In this document: positions 45,509 to 54,817 of the stretch, piece by piece | How the letters are laid out: each line of letters opens with the position of its first letter | Position numbering within the stretch: the stretch's first letter is position 1 | From: a virus | Lineage: Duplodnaviria; Caudoviricetes | Length of the DNA: 59,988 bases | Direction: 5' to 3' (one strand) | Virus record (IMG/VR): IMGVR_UViG_3300030392_000341 | Location: 1-59,988 of that record | Made by a program: the position numbers and the translations under genes | Notes under the pieces: model-generated | What the model was told of the DNA's origin: nothing | Databases searched by the model: none | What the model saw: the letters and a program-made list of their open reading frames with translations, nothing else

Positions 45509-47164
45509 GTGAACGTAAATAATTCTACGTTTGTGAAGCATGTCCCGTGTCCTCAATGTAGTTCTTCAGATGGAAATACATTATGGTCTGATGGGCATCA
45601 ATATTGTTTTGTCTGTGAAACTTACATAAACTCCGAAGGAGAGCATATGGAATCAGCAGAAAAGATATCTCCTATCAAGGAAGTCATCAGTACTTCTCTA
45701 ACTAAAGGGCAGTACTCTGACATAAGAGATAGAGGGATAAAGGAAGCTACGTGTAAAGCGTATGCTGTACAGGTAGAAAAATATAATAATTCTATCTCCA
45801 AACATATCTATCCTTATTTCAATACCGATGGTAATCATATTGCAAATAAGATTAGATTAACAGCTAACAAAGATTTCAGGGTAGAAGGGAATCTTACGCA
45901 AAGTATTCTGTTCGGTCAGAATATATTTGCACCGAAAGGTAAGTACATTACTATTTGTGAGGGAGAGTTGGATGCTCTGTCTATCTTCCAGATGTTTGGG
46001 TCCAAGTGGCCCAGTGTATCTGTGAAGTCTTCCGCCTCTGCCTTGAAGGATTGTCGAGAGAATCTGGAATATTTGGATTCTTTTGAAACCATCGTCCTTT
46101 GTTTCGATAATGATAAGGCAGGTAAGAAGGCTACCACCAAGGTAGCGGAATTATTTGAGCCTCATAAATGTCGTATCGTAAATCTCAAAGACTTCAAGGA
46201 TGCAAACGAATACCTTGTCGCAGGTAAGCGAGAAGAGTTCGTTAGATTATGGTGGGCAGCGGTGCCTTATACCCCTGCAGGTATCATCAATCTTAATTCT
46301 ATTGGAGAAGCATTATACGATGAGAACTATTGTGAGACTGTTCATTATCCTTGGGCAGGGTTGAATGAAAAACTGTATGGCATGAGAACCGGAGAGCTTG
46401 TTACTTTCACCAGTGGAGCTGGTATGGGTAAGTCCTCCATCATTAGGGAACTCATGCATCATATCATGAACAACTCTAAAGATAACATTGGTATCCTAGC
46501 TCTTGAAGAGAGTGTAAAGAATACCGCCTTTAACATTATGTCAGTGGAAGCTAACCAACGATTGTATATCAAAGAAGTTAGGGATGAATTCTCTCGTGAA
46601 CAATTAACAGAATGGGAAAAGAAAACCATAGGTACAGGAAGGTTCTTTGCCTTTGACCATTTTGGTTCCATATCCAATAATGAAATCATGAACAGGATAC
46701 GTTACATGGCGAAAGCTTTGGAATGCAGATGGATTGTGTTAGACCATCTATCTATTCTGGTGTCAGGACAGGAGGATACGGATGAGAGGAGAAGCATCGA
46801 CATACTGATGACCAAGATGCGTTCCTTGGTAGAAGAAACTCAAATAGGATTACTGTTAGTCTCTCACCTGCGTCGAACCTCTGCTGATAGAGGTCATGAG
46901 GAAGGCCGTGAGGTATCCCTCAGTCATCTACGCGGTAGTCAGAGCATCGCTCATCTGTCCGATTCCGTTATAGCCTTGGAAAGAAATCAACAGGCTGACG
47001 ATGCGGTTGCTGCTAATACTACCGTGATTCGTATCCTTAAAAATAGGTACACCGGAGAAACAGGGGTCGCTACTCACTTGTTTTATAATAGTAGTACTGG
47101 TAGACTAAATGAAGTAGCCAATCCTTTTGAAGCAGAGGAGCAAAATGAAACAGTGGATAGTTGA
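45509..47164 (+). CDS. T7 gp4-like primase-helicase
   Basis: Zn finger CPQC...CFVC, TOPRIM EGELDA/FDND, Walker A GAGMGKS, LDHL, VSHL and LRGS; probable GTG start at 45509. Confidence 0.95.
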   Translation: MNVNNSTFVKHVPCPQCSSSDGNTLWSDGHQYCFVCETYINSEGEHMESAEKISPIKEVISTSLTKGQYSDIRDRGIKEATCKAYAVQVEKYNNSISKHIYPYFNTDGNHIANKIRLTANKDFRVEGNLTQSILFGQNIFAPKGKYITICEGELDALSIFQMFGSKWPSVSVKSSASALKDCRENLEYLDSFETIVLCFDNDKAGKKATTKVAELFEPHKCRIVNLKDFKDANEYLVAGKREEFVRLWWAAVPYTPAGIINLNSIGEALYDENYCETVHYPWAGLNEKLYGMRTGELVTFTSGAGMGKSSIIRELMHHIMNNSKDNIGILALEESVKNTAFNIMSVEANQRLYIKEVRDEFSREQLTEWEKKTIGTGRFFAFDHFGSISNNEIMNRIRYMAKALECRWIVLDHLSILVSGQEDTDERRSIDILMTKMRSLVEETQIGLLLVSHLRRTSADRGHEEGREVSLSHLRGSQSIAHLSDSVIALERNQQADDAVAANTTVIRILKNRYTGETGVATHLFYNSSTGRLNEVANPFEAEEQNETVDS

Positions 47165-48806
47165 TGTAGAAACGGATGCGTTGTTACCAGAAGCATCACG
47201 AGTTCACTGTATTGTCGCTCAAGATTATCGAACAGGAGAGACTAGAAAATTTAAGGAAGATGAATGTCTTTCTCAGTTTCCCTATTGGGTTAAAAATATA
47301 GATAATCTTATCATGCATAACGGCCTGTCCTTTGATGCAAGGATAATGAACAAGTTCTTGGGAACACATATAAAAGTATCGGATGTTACAGATACTCTTA
47401 TACTTTCTCAGCTTTACAATCCCATTCGAGTGGCAGGTCATTCACTGGGAGCATGGGGTGAGCGGCTCAACTATCCAAAGGGAGAGCATTCGGATTTCAC
47501 ACAGTACTCTCCAGAGATGTTGCACTACTGTGAACAGGATGTACATGTTACCAGAAAGTTAATGGAACATTTACAAATAGAAGGAAAGGATTTTTCTAAT
47601 GAATCCATACGTCTTGAGCATGATGTACGAGCTATTATCGACCAACAAGAAGACACCGGATTTTCCTTGGATGTACCTTACGCTACAACATTCATGGCGA
47701 AACTTGAAGATGATGCTGACAAGATTGGTGAAGACCTGCAAGAAGTCTTTATACCGATAGTACATGAACGTGTGTCTGAAAAAACAGGAAAGAAGCTGAA
47801 GGACTATGTGGAAGTATTCAATCCTGCTTCCCGTAAACAGATAGCATCTCGCTTGATGCATTTGGGATGGGAACCTACACACAAAACAGACAAGGGTAAT
47901 ATCATTATAGATGAGAAAGTTCTGGAGACAATAGATTTACCGGAAGCAAAACAAATTAGTCGGTATCTCTTACTCCAGAAAAGAGTATCACAGATACGCT
48001 CTTGGTTGGAAGCTTGTGAAGAAGGGAGAGTGCATGGCAGGGTGATGACCCTTAAGACTGTCACTGGGCGCATGGCCCATAGCTCTCCTAACATGGCCCA
48101 GATTCCTGCTAACTACTCTCCCTATGGGAAGGAGTGTAGAACTTGTTGGACCGTAGAGAATACTGACACCCATTGTCTGGTAGGAACGGACGCAAGTGGT
48201 CTGGAGTTACGGGCCTTGGCTCATTATATAAATGATACCAGCTTTACACGAGAAGTTATTGAAGGAGATATTCATACGGCTAACCAGAAGATGGCTGGAC
48301 TGAGTAATCGTGACCAAGCAAAAACATTTATTTATGCCTTTCTTTTTGGTGCTGGTGCCGCTAAGATAGGTAAAATAGTAGGAAGCAATGCTGCTACAGG
48401 ACAACGCCTGATAAACAGATTTCTGGATAATGTTCCTAATCTCAGAAGATTGAGGAGCCAAGTGCAGGAAGCTGGAGAGCAGGGAAAGATTAAAGGATTG
48501 GATGGCAGACTGTTAATGGTTAGAAGTCCACACAGTTCCTTGAACCTGCTCATACAGAGTGCAGGGGCCATCATATGTAAAGTATGGTTGGTTTCTTTAA
48601 TGAAGAAGGTATATCGTTCTGGAATGGATGTGAAGTTAGTAGCTTCCATTCATGATGAATACCAGTTTGAAGTTGCTAAGAAAGATGCTAATGCATTTGG
48701 TAAGCTTACTAATGAATCTATAAAGGAGGCAAGGAAAATTTTAAATTTACATTGTCCACTGGATAGTGAGTTCAAGATAGGTGAAACATGGGCAATCACA
48801 CACTAG
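47145..48806 (+). CDS. polA: Family A DNA polymerase with 3'-5' exonuclease (T7 gp5-like)
   Basis: Exo motifs DVET, HNGLSFD and YCEQD; motif A DASGLELR, motif B RDQAKTFIYAFLFG, motif C IHDE. Confidence 0.95.
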   Translation: MKQWIVDVETDALLPEASRVHCIVAQDYRTGETRKFKEDECLSQFPYWVKNIDNLIMHNGLSFDARIMNKFLGTHIKVSDVTDTLILSQLYNPIRVAGHSLGAWGERLNYPKGEHSDFTQYSPEMLHYCEQDVHVTRKLMEHLQIEGKDFSNESIRLEHDVRAIIDQQEDTGFSLDVPYATTFMAKLEDDADKIGEDLQEVFIPIVHERVSEKTGKKLKDYVEVFNPASRKQIASRLMHLGWEPTHKTDKGNIIIDEKVLETIDLPEAKQISRYLLLQKRVSQIRSWLEACEEGRVHGRVMTLKTVTGRMAHSSPNMAQIPANYSPYGKECRTCWTVENTDTHCLVGTDASGLELRALAHYINDTSFTREVIEGDIHTANQKMAGLSNRDQAKTFIYAFLFGAGAAKIGKIVGSNAATGQRLINRFLDNVPNLRRLRSQVQEAGEQGKIKGLDGRLLMVRSPHSSLNLLIQSAGAIICKVWLVSLMKKVYRSGMDVKLVASIHDEYQFEVAKKDANAFGKLTNESIKEARKILNLHCPLDSEFKIGETWAITH

Positions 48807-49291
48807 TAGAAATAAAATCTTGTTCTTCACCTCAAGGTACTCGTATCTATTTTTCAAAAGGGAAGTTTGATAGTTGGTGTGTATTCATAGCCAATAACGG
48901 AACTACTCGCGCACCTCATGATAAAACATATTTCCAGACGCTAAAGAGATTGGCTGAGAAGTATGGGAACGATTTGATTTATGACAGGTTTGTGCAAGTG
49001 TACGATAAAACTTCCATTAAATGTTATGCGAATGTTATCCAACTCATAGAAGATTTTTGTGAGGAATTAGATAAGGAGGACAGAGAACCATTCTGGATTA
49101 CATTAGCTACAATATATTTTGCTATGATTGCTGAAGAGAATAAAGAATTTACCAAGTTGGGAAAGAGAATCAAACGCTTGGGAATTCACCAGATTCTTCA
49201 GGAGAATTTAGATGTAACCAAAGCTGCCCAGTATAGTAAGGGCATGAAATGGAGACAGATACATGAAGAATGTATTAACAGAGGTTTTTAA
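48788..49291 (+). CDS. Hypothetical protein, apparently an insertion between pol and ssb
   Basis: 167 aa; GKFDSWCV, AMIAEENK...LGKRIKRLG and C-terminal RGF. Confidence 0.65.
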   Translation: MGNHTLVEIKSCSSPQGTRIYFSKGKFDSWCVFIANNGTTRAPHDKTYFQTLKRLAEKYGNDLIYDRFVQVYDKTSIKCYANVIQLIEDFCEELDKEDREPFWITLATIYFAMIAEENKEFTKLGKRIKRLGIHQILQENLDVTKAAQYSKGMKWRQIHEECINRGF

Positions 49292-49299
49292 AAAAGTAG

Positions 49300-49328
49300 T
49301 TGACACTTATTTTAGAGTATGTCATACT
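49300..49328 (+). promoter_or_regulatory. sigma70 promoter for ssb
   Basis: TTGACA-17 nt-CATACT with extended TG. Confidence 0.75.
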
Positions 49329-49362
49329 TCATTTTCATTAGATAGAAAAGAAAGGAACCCAC

Positions 49363-49878
49363 ATGACTGTAATTAGTGGAACCGTTTACTGGAATAAGAC
49401 TGTTGTACCTCACCGTTTTAACGAATCTGAACCGTTGAAATGGACCATTGATATTGGTAATCTCGGTAAGAAAGACATCAAGTTATTGGAAACAGTAGGT
49501 CTTGGTCATCGAGTAAAAAACAAGGCTGAAGGAATAGGTACGAAAGGTGCTGATTCTGATGACCCTCGTGGACATTTTATAACTTTCTCTACGAGAGTAG
49601 AAAGACCTAATGGTAGAGGTACTAACAAACCTCCCCGCTTTATTGATGCGGAGAAAAACGAATTACATCCAGCTACGAATGAGTGGTTAGGCAATGGTTC
49701 TAAGGTCAATGTTTCATTTGAAGGTTGGGATAGTCAGTATGGTAAAACTGCTACCATTCAAACTATCCAAATCGTTGACCGAAAGGAATACGTTGTCGAA
49801 ACTAGTGATGACGAGTTGGATGTAGTACCCGGTGGTTTCGTCAATGACGACGACGAAATCCCATTCCCCTCTAACTAG
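49363..49878 (+). CDS. ssb: Single-stranded DNA-binding protein (T7 gp2.5-like)
   Basis: LGNGSKVNV motif and acidic C-terminus DDDEIPF; strong RBS and terminator. Confidence 0.8.
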   Translation: MTVISGTVYWNKTVVPHRFNESEPLKWTIDIGNLGKKDIKLLETVGLGHRVKNKAEGIGTKGADSDDPRGHFITFSTRVERPNGRGTNKPPRFIDAEKNELHPATNEWLGNGSKVNVSFEGWDSQYGKTATIQTIQIVDRKEYVVETSDDELDVVPGGFVNDDDEIPFPSN

Positions 49879-49885
49879 CTGAGAA

Positions 49886-49923
49886 GGGGGTTAGCTTCGT
49901 TTTAGCTGACCCCCATCTTTTTT
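49886..49923 (+). terminator. Rho-independent terminator after ssb
   Basis: GGGGGTTAGCT...AGCTGACCCCC followed by ATCTTTTTT. Confidence 0.75.
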
Positions 49924-50784
49924 ATGAAAGAGATATACACACTCGTCAATGACATTTATTCCTTGTTCATTGATAAACCTCCAACCAAAAAACCTACTAA
50001 AGCTGTCGAGAAAGCTGCGGAAGACTTTGCACATAAAGTGAAGCAGCATGTCTTGGACAGGGTATATACAGAAAGGAGTAAGAAACAAAAGAATAATCTA
50101 CGCCTGTCTCAGGTGGGAAAACCTGCCCGACAAGTGTGGTATGATATCAAAGGTCATCACCATGAAGGAGAACCTTCCGGTCCTTTACAAATAAAGTTTC
50201 TTTATGGAAATATTCTGGAAGAATTATTAGTATTTTTATCAGTTCTTTCAGGACACAAAGTTGCAGAGAAACAAAAGAAGGTAACTCTTGATGGTGTGGT
50301 TGGTCATAAAGATTGTCGCATTGATGGCATGACAGTCGATATTAAAAGTGCTTCTTCCTATGCCTTTAAAAAGTTTGAGAATGGTACTCTCTCTGAGGAT
50401 GACCCGTTTGGTTATATTGGTCAGCTATCAGCATATGCTCAAGCAGAAGGAGAAGATGAAGCTGCTTTTCTTGCCATCGACAAACAACGAGGAACCTTGG
50501 CATTAACCTTTCTCCATGAAATGGAAATGGAAAATGCTCCTAAGAAAATATCTCTGTTGAAAAATTATCTAGAGTATGATAATCCTCCTCCTCGTTGTTA
50601 TCCAGAAGTACCGGAAGGTAGTTCAGGAAACCGTAAGCTTGCTATCGGTTGTGTCTTTTGTCCTTATAAGTTAGACTGTTGGAGTGATTCAAACAACGGC
50701 AAAGGCTTACGTATCTTTCAGTATGCTAATGGACCAAGGTTCTTTACACACGTAGTACGAGAACCGAATGTCCCAGAGCTATGA
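49924..50784 (+). CDS. PD-(D/E)XK exonuclease (Cas4/RecB-like)
   Basis: GHKDCRID...VDIKS, QLSAY and CVFCPYKLDC. Confidence 0.8.
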   Translation: MKEIYTLVNDIYSLFIDKPPTKKPTKAVEKAAEDFAHKVKQHVLDRVYTERSKKQKNNLRLSQVGKPARQVWYDIKGHHHEGEPSGPLQIKFLYGNILEELLVFLSVLSGHKVAEKQKKVTLDGVVGHKDCRIDGMTVDIKSASSYAFKKFENGTLSEDDPFGYIGQLSAYAQAEGEDEAAFLAIDKQRGTLALTFLHEMEMENAPKKISLLKNYLEYDNPPPRCYPEVPEGSSGNRKLAIGCVFCPYKLDCWSDSNNGKGLRIFQYANGPRFFTHVVREPNVPEL

Positions 50785-51119
50785 AAACTCAAAGTGCAAA
50801 AAACAAAGGAAGGAGATTACAACAGTGGTTTAAAGAGTTACTGATTAACTCTCTTAATATTGATAGTGATGACTTAGAAAGTCGTAGTATGGGAGCAGGT
50901 GGTGAGGATATCATGATGGCGAAAGCCGCTCGTCACTTGTTTCCATATTCTATTGAATGCAAAAATCAAGAGAAGGTAAATATCTGGGCAGCATATGAAC
51001 AAGCTGAAAGTAATTCAGGAAAGTTCCAGCCTCTTGTGGTTATAAAAAAGAACCGTAAAAACCCTCTCGTAGTTATAGATGCAGAACACTTTGTTAATCT
51101 TCATAAACCGGATGGATGA
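50781..51119 (+). CDS. Holliday-junction-resolvase-like endonuclease
   Basis: SAKNKGR, GEDI, SIECKNQE and PLVV. Confidence 0.75.
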   Translation: MKTQSAKNKGRRLQQWFKELLINSLNIDSDDLESRSMGAGGEDIMMAKAARHLFPYSIECKNQEKVNIWAAYEQAESNSGKFQPLVVIKKNRKNPLVVIDAEHFVNLHKPDG

Positions 51120-51447
51120 TTTTAAGAAAGACCTAGCTAATCTGTTACAGGAGTATCATGGTAATGTTTCTCCTGAACGCTCTCTCTTTCTGGCTGTTAT
51201 CTTTCAAGCTTTACTGGATGCTACCAAGCCAACAAATGAGAATGAGAGTAAGCAGTCTGTTCTGAATAGACAGAAAGCAGTAGGGTGGTTTTCTACATCT
51301 GTTGGAGTAACTGCTTCTAACTTTACTGACATCTGTGACATGGCTAATTTAGAATCTCAGTATGTCAGAGATTTTGCATACAAGGTTATTCACTCCAGAG
51401 AAAAAACTTTTATCCGCTATAGACTGAATAAGATTTTACACACTTAG
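51112..51447 (+). CDS. Hypothetical phage protein
   Basis: LFLAVIFQALLDA...WF...FTDICDMA motif. Confidence 0.65.
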   Translation: MDDFKKDLANLLQEYHGNVSPERSLFLAVIFQALLDATKPTNENESKQSVLNRQKAVGWFSTSVGVTASNFTDICDMANLESQYVRDFAYKVIHSREKTFIRYRLNKILHT

Positions 51448-51461
51448 CAGAAGGGGAACAC

Positions 51462-51692
51462 ATGGAACAAAAGAAAGCTTCACAACAACAGGTAGGAGGT
51501 GACCACTATAAGGAATGTAAGATACAACCAACAGAATATATCATGGCTAATGATTTAAATTTCTGTGAAGGAAATGTAATCAAGTATGTCACAAGACATC
51601 GTATAAAGGGAGAGGGCTTGCAGGATTTACTGAAAGCTAGACATTATATTAATCTATGCATAGAGCTAGAGTATGGAGAGGAACATGTTTAA
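51462..51692 (+). CDS. DUF3310 (T7 gp1.7-like nucleotide kinase) family protein
   Basis: QVGGDHY, FCEGNVIKYV and DLLKARHY. Confidence 0.85.
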   Translation: MEQKKASQQQVGGDHYKECKIQPTEYIMANDLNFCEGNVIKYVTRHRIKGEGLQDLLKARHYINLCIELEYGEEHV

Positions 51693-53361
51693 ATCAAGTA
51701 GGAATCCACAGTTTCGGTCTAAGTTTTCAGAAGATATATTTTATACCAAGTATTCTCACGTAGGTGCAGAAACTTTTAATGAGTTAGCAACCACCTTAGT
51801 TGAGGATGTGTGTCAGGAAATTATGAGTAAGGAAGAAAAGGAAGCTTTGATAGGTCACATCTCTAACCTTCGTTTTATTCCGGGCGGAAGATATCTTTAT
51901 TATGCGGGAAGAGAAAAGAAATTCTTCAACAACTGTTATCTATTGAAAGCAGAAGAAGATACCAGAGAAGATTGGGCTAACCTCAGTTGGAAATCAGAAA
52001 GCTGTCTGATGACAGGAGGAGGGATAGGAATAGATTACTCTGTGTACAGAGGAGAAGGACAAACCCTTAAAGGTACTGGGGGTATTGCTTCTGGTCCTCT
52101 CCCGAAGATGATGATGATTAACGAAATAGGAAGGCGGGTAATGCAGGGAGGTTCCCGAAGGTCAGCTATCTACGCCTCTCTTAACTGGAAGCATCCTGAT
52201 GTAGAAAAGTTTCTTGCTATAAAAAACTGGAGTGACATGCCTGTTGGAACTACAGGTCAGACCTTATTCGATATCAAACAGGCTGACTATGATTTTCCTG
52301 CTCCTCTCGACATGACCAATATCTCTGTCAACTATGATACAGAGTGGTTGTTGAATTATTGGCAGACAGGAGAAATTGATAAGATATTTTTACAGAATGT
52401 ACGACAAGCCTTGTCTACAGCAGAGCCGGGATTTTCTTTTAACTTCTTTTCACAGGAAAAAGAAACACTAAGAAATGCCTGTACGGAAGTTACCTCTGAA
52501 GATGATTCTGATGTTTGTAATTTAGGAAGCTTAAACTTTGCTCGCATAGCAGATATAAATCAACTACAAGAGGTGGTAGACCTAGCTACCAAGTTTCTTA
52601 TCTGCGGTACACTACGAGCACACCTTCCCTATGATAAGATAGTAACTGTACGTGCTAAGAACAGGAGACTTGGATTAGGACTAATGGGCCTTCATGAGTG
52701 GCTGTTACAACGTGGCCTACGTTATGCAACAACTCCAGAGTTACACAGATGGTTAAAGGTTTATGAAGCTCAGTCTGATAAGACAGCGAAAGAATTTTCT
52801 GACTTCAATGCTGTCTCTTGTCCGGTTGCAGTACGTGCTATTGCACCCACAGGAACGATAGGGATTCTGGGAGGTACGTCCACAGGCATTGAGCCTATCT
52901 TTGCAGTGTCTTACAAGCGAAGGTATATGAAGAATCGCCGCTGGCACTATCAGTATGTGGTAGATAGTACTGCACAGGAAATGATAGAACTATATGATAC
53001 ATCCCCTGATACGATTGAATCAGCACTGGACCTTGCAACGGACTATGAAAGACGTATGAGCTTTCAGGCTAATGTCCAAGAGTATGTAGACATGTCCATC
53101 TCCAGTACGATTAACCTTCCCTCATGGGGAACGGAAGATAACAATGAAGATGGAGTGGAGGCATTCGCTACTACTCTTGCCAAGTATGCTCATAGACTGA
53201 GAGGCTTCACCTGTTTTCCTGATGGCTGTAGGGGAGGACAGCCTCTTACTCCCGTTCCTTACAAAGAAGCTATCTCTAAATTAGGAGAAGAATTCGAGGA
53301 TAATATACAGGCTCATGATATCTGTAACATCACAGACTCAGGTGGAACTTGCGGAGTATAA
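51685..53361 (+). CDS. nrdJ: Ribonucleotide reductase, class II (adenosylcobalamin-dependent)
   Basis: PGGRYL, NNCY, GGGIG, RRSA, NACTE, CNLGS, APTGT and a C-terminal Cys pair; no NrdB small subunit gene seen in the genome. Confidence 0.85.
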   Translation: MFKSSRNPQFRSKFSEDIFYTKYSHVGAETFNELATTLVEDVCQEIMSKEEKEALIGHISNLRFIPGGRYLYYAGREKKFFNNCYLLKAEEDTREDWANLSWKSESCLMTGGGIGIDYSVYRGEGQTLKGTGGIASGPLPKMMMINEIGRRVMQGGSRRSAIYASLNWKHPDVEKFLAIKNWSDMPVGTTGQTLFDIKQADYDFPAPLDMTNISVNYDTEWLLNYWQTGEIDKIFLQNVRQALSTAEPGFSFNFFSQEKETLRNACTEVTSEDDSDVCNLGSLNFARIADINQLQEVVDLATKFLICGTLRAHLPYDKIVTVRAKNRRLGLGLMGLHEWLLQRGLRYATTPELHRWLKVYEAQSDKTAKEFSDFNAVSCPVAVRAIAPTGTIGILGGTSTGIEPIFAVSYKRRYMKNRRWHYQYVVDSTAQEMIELYDTSPDTIESALDLATDYERRMSFQANVQEYVDMSISSTINLPSWGTEDNNEDGVEAFATTLAKYAHRLRGFTCFPDGCRGGQPLTPVPYKEAISKLGEEFEDNIQAHDICNITDSGGTCGV

Positions 53362-53369
53362 TTTTTTTC

Positions 53370-53398
53370 TTGACAAATACCTCAAATTATGAAATAAT
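53370..53398 (+). promoter_or_regulatory. sigma70-like promoter for the hsp20 operon
   Basis: TTGACA-17 nt-AATAAT with extended TG. Confidence 0.65.
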
Positions 53399-53475
53399 AT
53401 CCTTTCTTGATAGAAAGATAGTCTATAAAGATATCTTTCTATTCCTTGTCTAACAGCAAAAGAAAGGATTGTATT

Positions 53476-53910
53476 ATGATTCTCCAACCTAATTTTAAAG
53501 ATACTCCTCCCTATGTGTGGGATAGTTTCTTCCGTCATTCAGTAGGCTTTGATAGAATCTTTGCTCATCTGGAACGAATGCGTGGAGTTCTTCCTAGTTA
53601 TCCCCCTCACGATTTAATGAAAACGGAGGAAGGCTATCAGATAGAGATGGCTGTAGCAGGGTTTTCCAAAGATAACTTGAAAATAGAGTTAAAGGAAGAT
53701 ACTCTGTCTATCTCTGGAGAAATTAAAGGGGATGCTCATCAATCAGAATATCTTTACAAAGGAATTGCTGAGAGAAAATTTGTGAAGCATTTTTCTTTAT
53801 GTGAACATGCTGATGTATCAGATGTCACTCTTAAAGATGGTGTTCTGACAATTCAAATTACCATTGCTGTCCCTGAAAAGGAAAAGCCAAAGGTTCTTCC
53901 TATTAATTAA
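53476..53910 (+). CDS. Small heat-shock protein Hsp20 (IbpA-like)
   Basis: VGFDRIF, YPPHD, EMAVAGF, YLYKGIAER.F and DGVL. Confidence 0.9.
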   Translation: MILQPNFKDTPPYVWDSFFRHSVGFDRIFAHLERMRGVLPSYPPHDLMKTEEGYQIEMAVAGFSKDNLKIELKEDTLSISGEIKGDAHQSEYLYKGIAERKFVKHFSLCEHADVSDVTLKDGVLTIQITIAVPEKEKPKVLPIN

Positions 53911-53918
53911 CCCTCTGA

Positions 53919-53944
53919 GGGGAGAAGAAATTCTCCCTTCTTTT
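53919..53944 (+). terminator. Probable terminator after hsp20
   Basis: GGGAGAA-gaaa-TTCTCCC followed by TTCTTTT. Confidence 0.5.
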
Positions 53945-53956
53945 ATGAAAGAAAAC

Positions 53957-54817
53957 ATGAGCAACATCCCTACTATTTACATAGGCTATGACCAAAAGGA
54001 ACATAGAGCTTATGAAGTCCTGCGAGAATCTATCCTGTCTACTACTTCAGGACCAGTTAATATCATACCTCTGGTGCAGTCCTCTTTACGTCGCATGGGA
54101 CTGTATCGCAGAGCATGGGAACAAGACGAAGAGAATAATATAGTTGATTCCATTGATAAAAAACCCTTTTCCACTGATTTTAGTTTCACTCGTTTTCTTG
54201 TTCCTTTCCTAAATATGTATAAAGGATATGCTATATACATGGATTGTGATATGATGGTTCGTTCTGATATCATGGAAGTCTTTAATTCTGTACGTCGTAC
54301 CAACCCCTCTACTGCTCTATGGTGTGTCAAACATTACTACACACCCAAAGAAAACAAAAAGATGGATGATAAAGTACAGACGGTTTACTCTCGCAAGAAC
54401 TGGTCAAGTTTTATCTTATGGAACTGTGAACATCCCTCCCATAAGAATCTGACTGTTGATGATGTCAACACCAAGCCGGGATTGTGGCTTCATAATTTTC
54501 GCTGGTTAGCTGACCTTCCACTGTCTAAATATGAGGGTCCTTACTCTGCTGAAGCAAAACATATCTCCTATCATAATGAATTTATCGGTACACTACCCGA
54601 AGAATGGAACTGGCTGGATGGACATTCCTCTGAACAGATGGTTCCGAAAAATGTTCATTTTACTACCGGAGGTCCTTGGTATCCTAACTGGGTAGCCCAG
54701 AGAGTAAAGGATGGTAGTTATGCTGCTGAATGGGAGGCTATCAATAGCACCTTGGAAATGGATACGATGTTAGGAAAACAGTATTCAGTAAAATGGAAGA
54801 AGGTAGAAGATGTCTAA
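53957..54817 (+). CDS. Glycosyltransferase (GT-A / GT8-like)
   Basis: IYIGYD, STDFSFTRFLVP, YMDCD (DxD), RKNWSS and HFTTGGPW. Confidence 0.85.
   Translation: MSNIPTIYIGYDQKEHRAYEVLRESILSTTSGPVNIIPLVQSSLRRMGLYRRAWEQDEENNIVDSIDKKPFSTDFSFTRFLVPFLNMYKGYAIYMDCDMMVRSDIMEVFNSVRRTNPSTALWCVKHYYTPKENKKMDDKVQTVYSRKNWSSFILWNCEHPSHKNLTVDDVNTKPGLWLHNFRWLADLPLSKYEGPYSAEAKHISYHNEFIGTLPEEWNWLDGHSSEQMVPKNVHFTTGGPWYPNWVAQRVKDGSYAAEWEAINSTLEMDTMLGKQYSVKWKKVEDV

Noticed and set aside
47145-48806. HMO-2011-type polymerase with a DnaJ zinc-finger insertion, or an intein
   Set aside because: No CxxCxGxG repeats, and the protein is too short for an insertion.
49924-50784. Cas4 as part of a CRISPR system
   Set aside because: It sits in the SSB-nuclease-resolvase replication cluster with no array or other cas genes.
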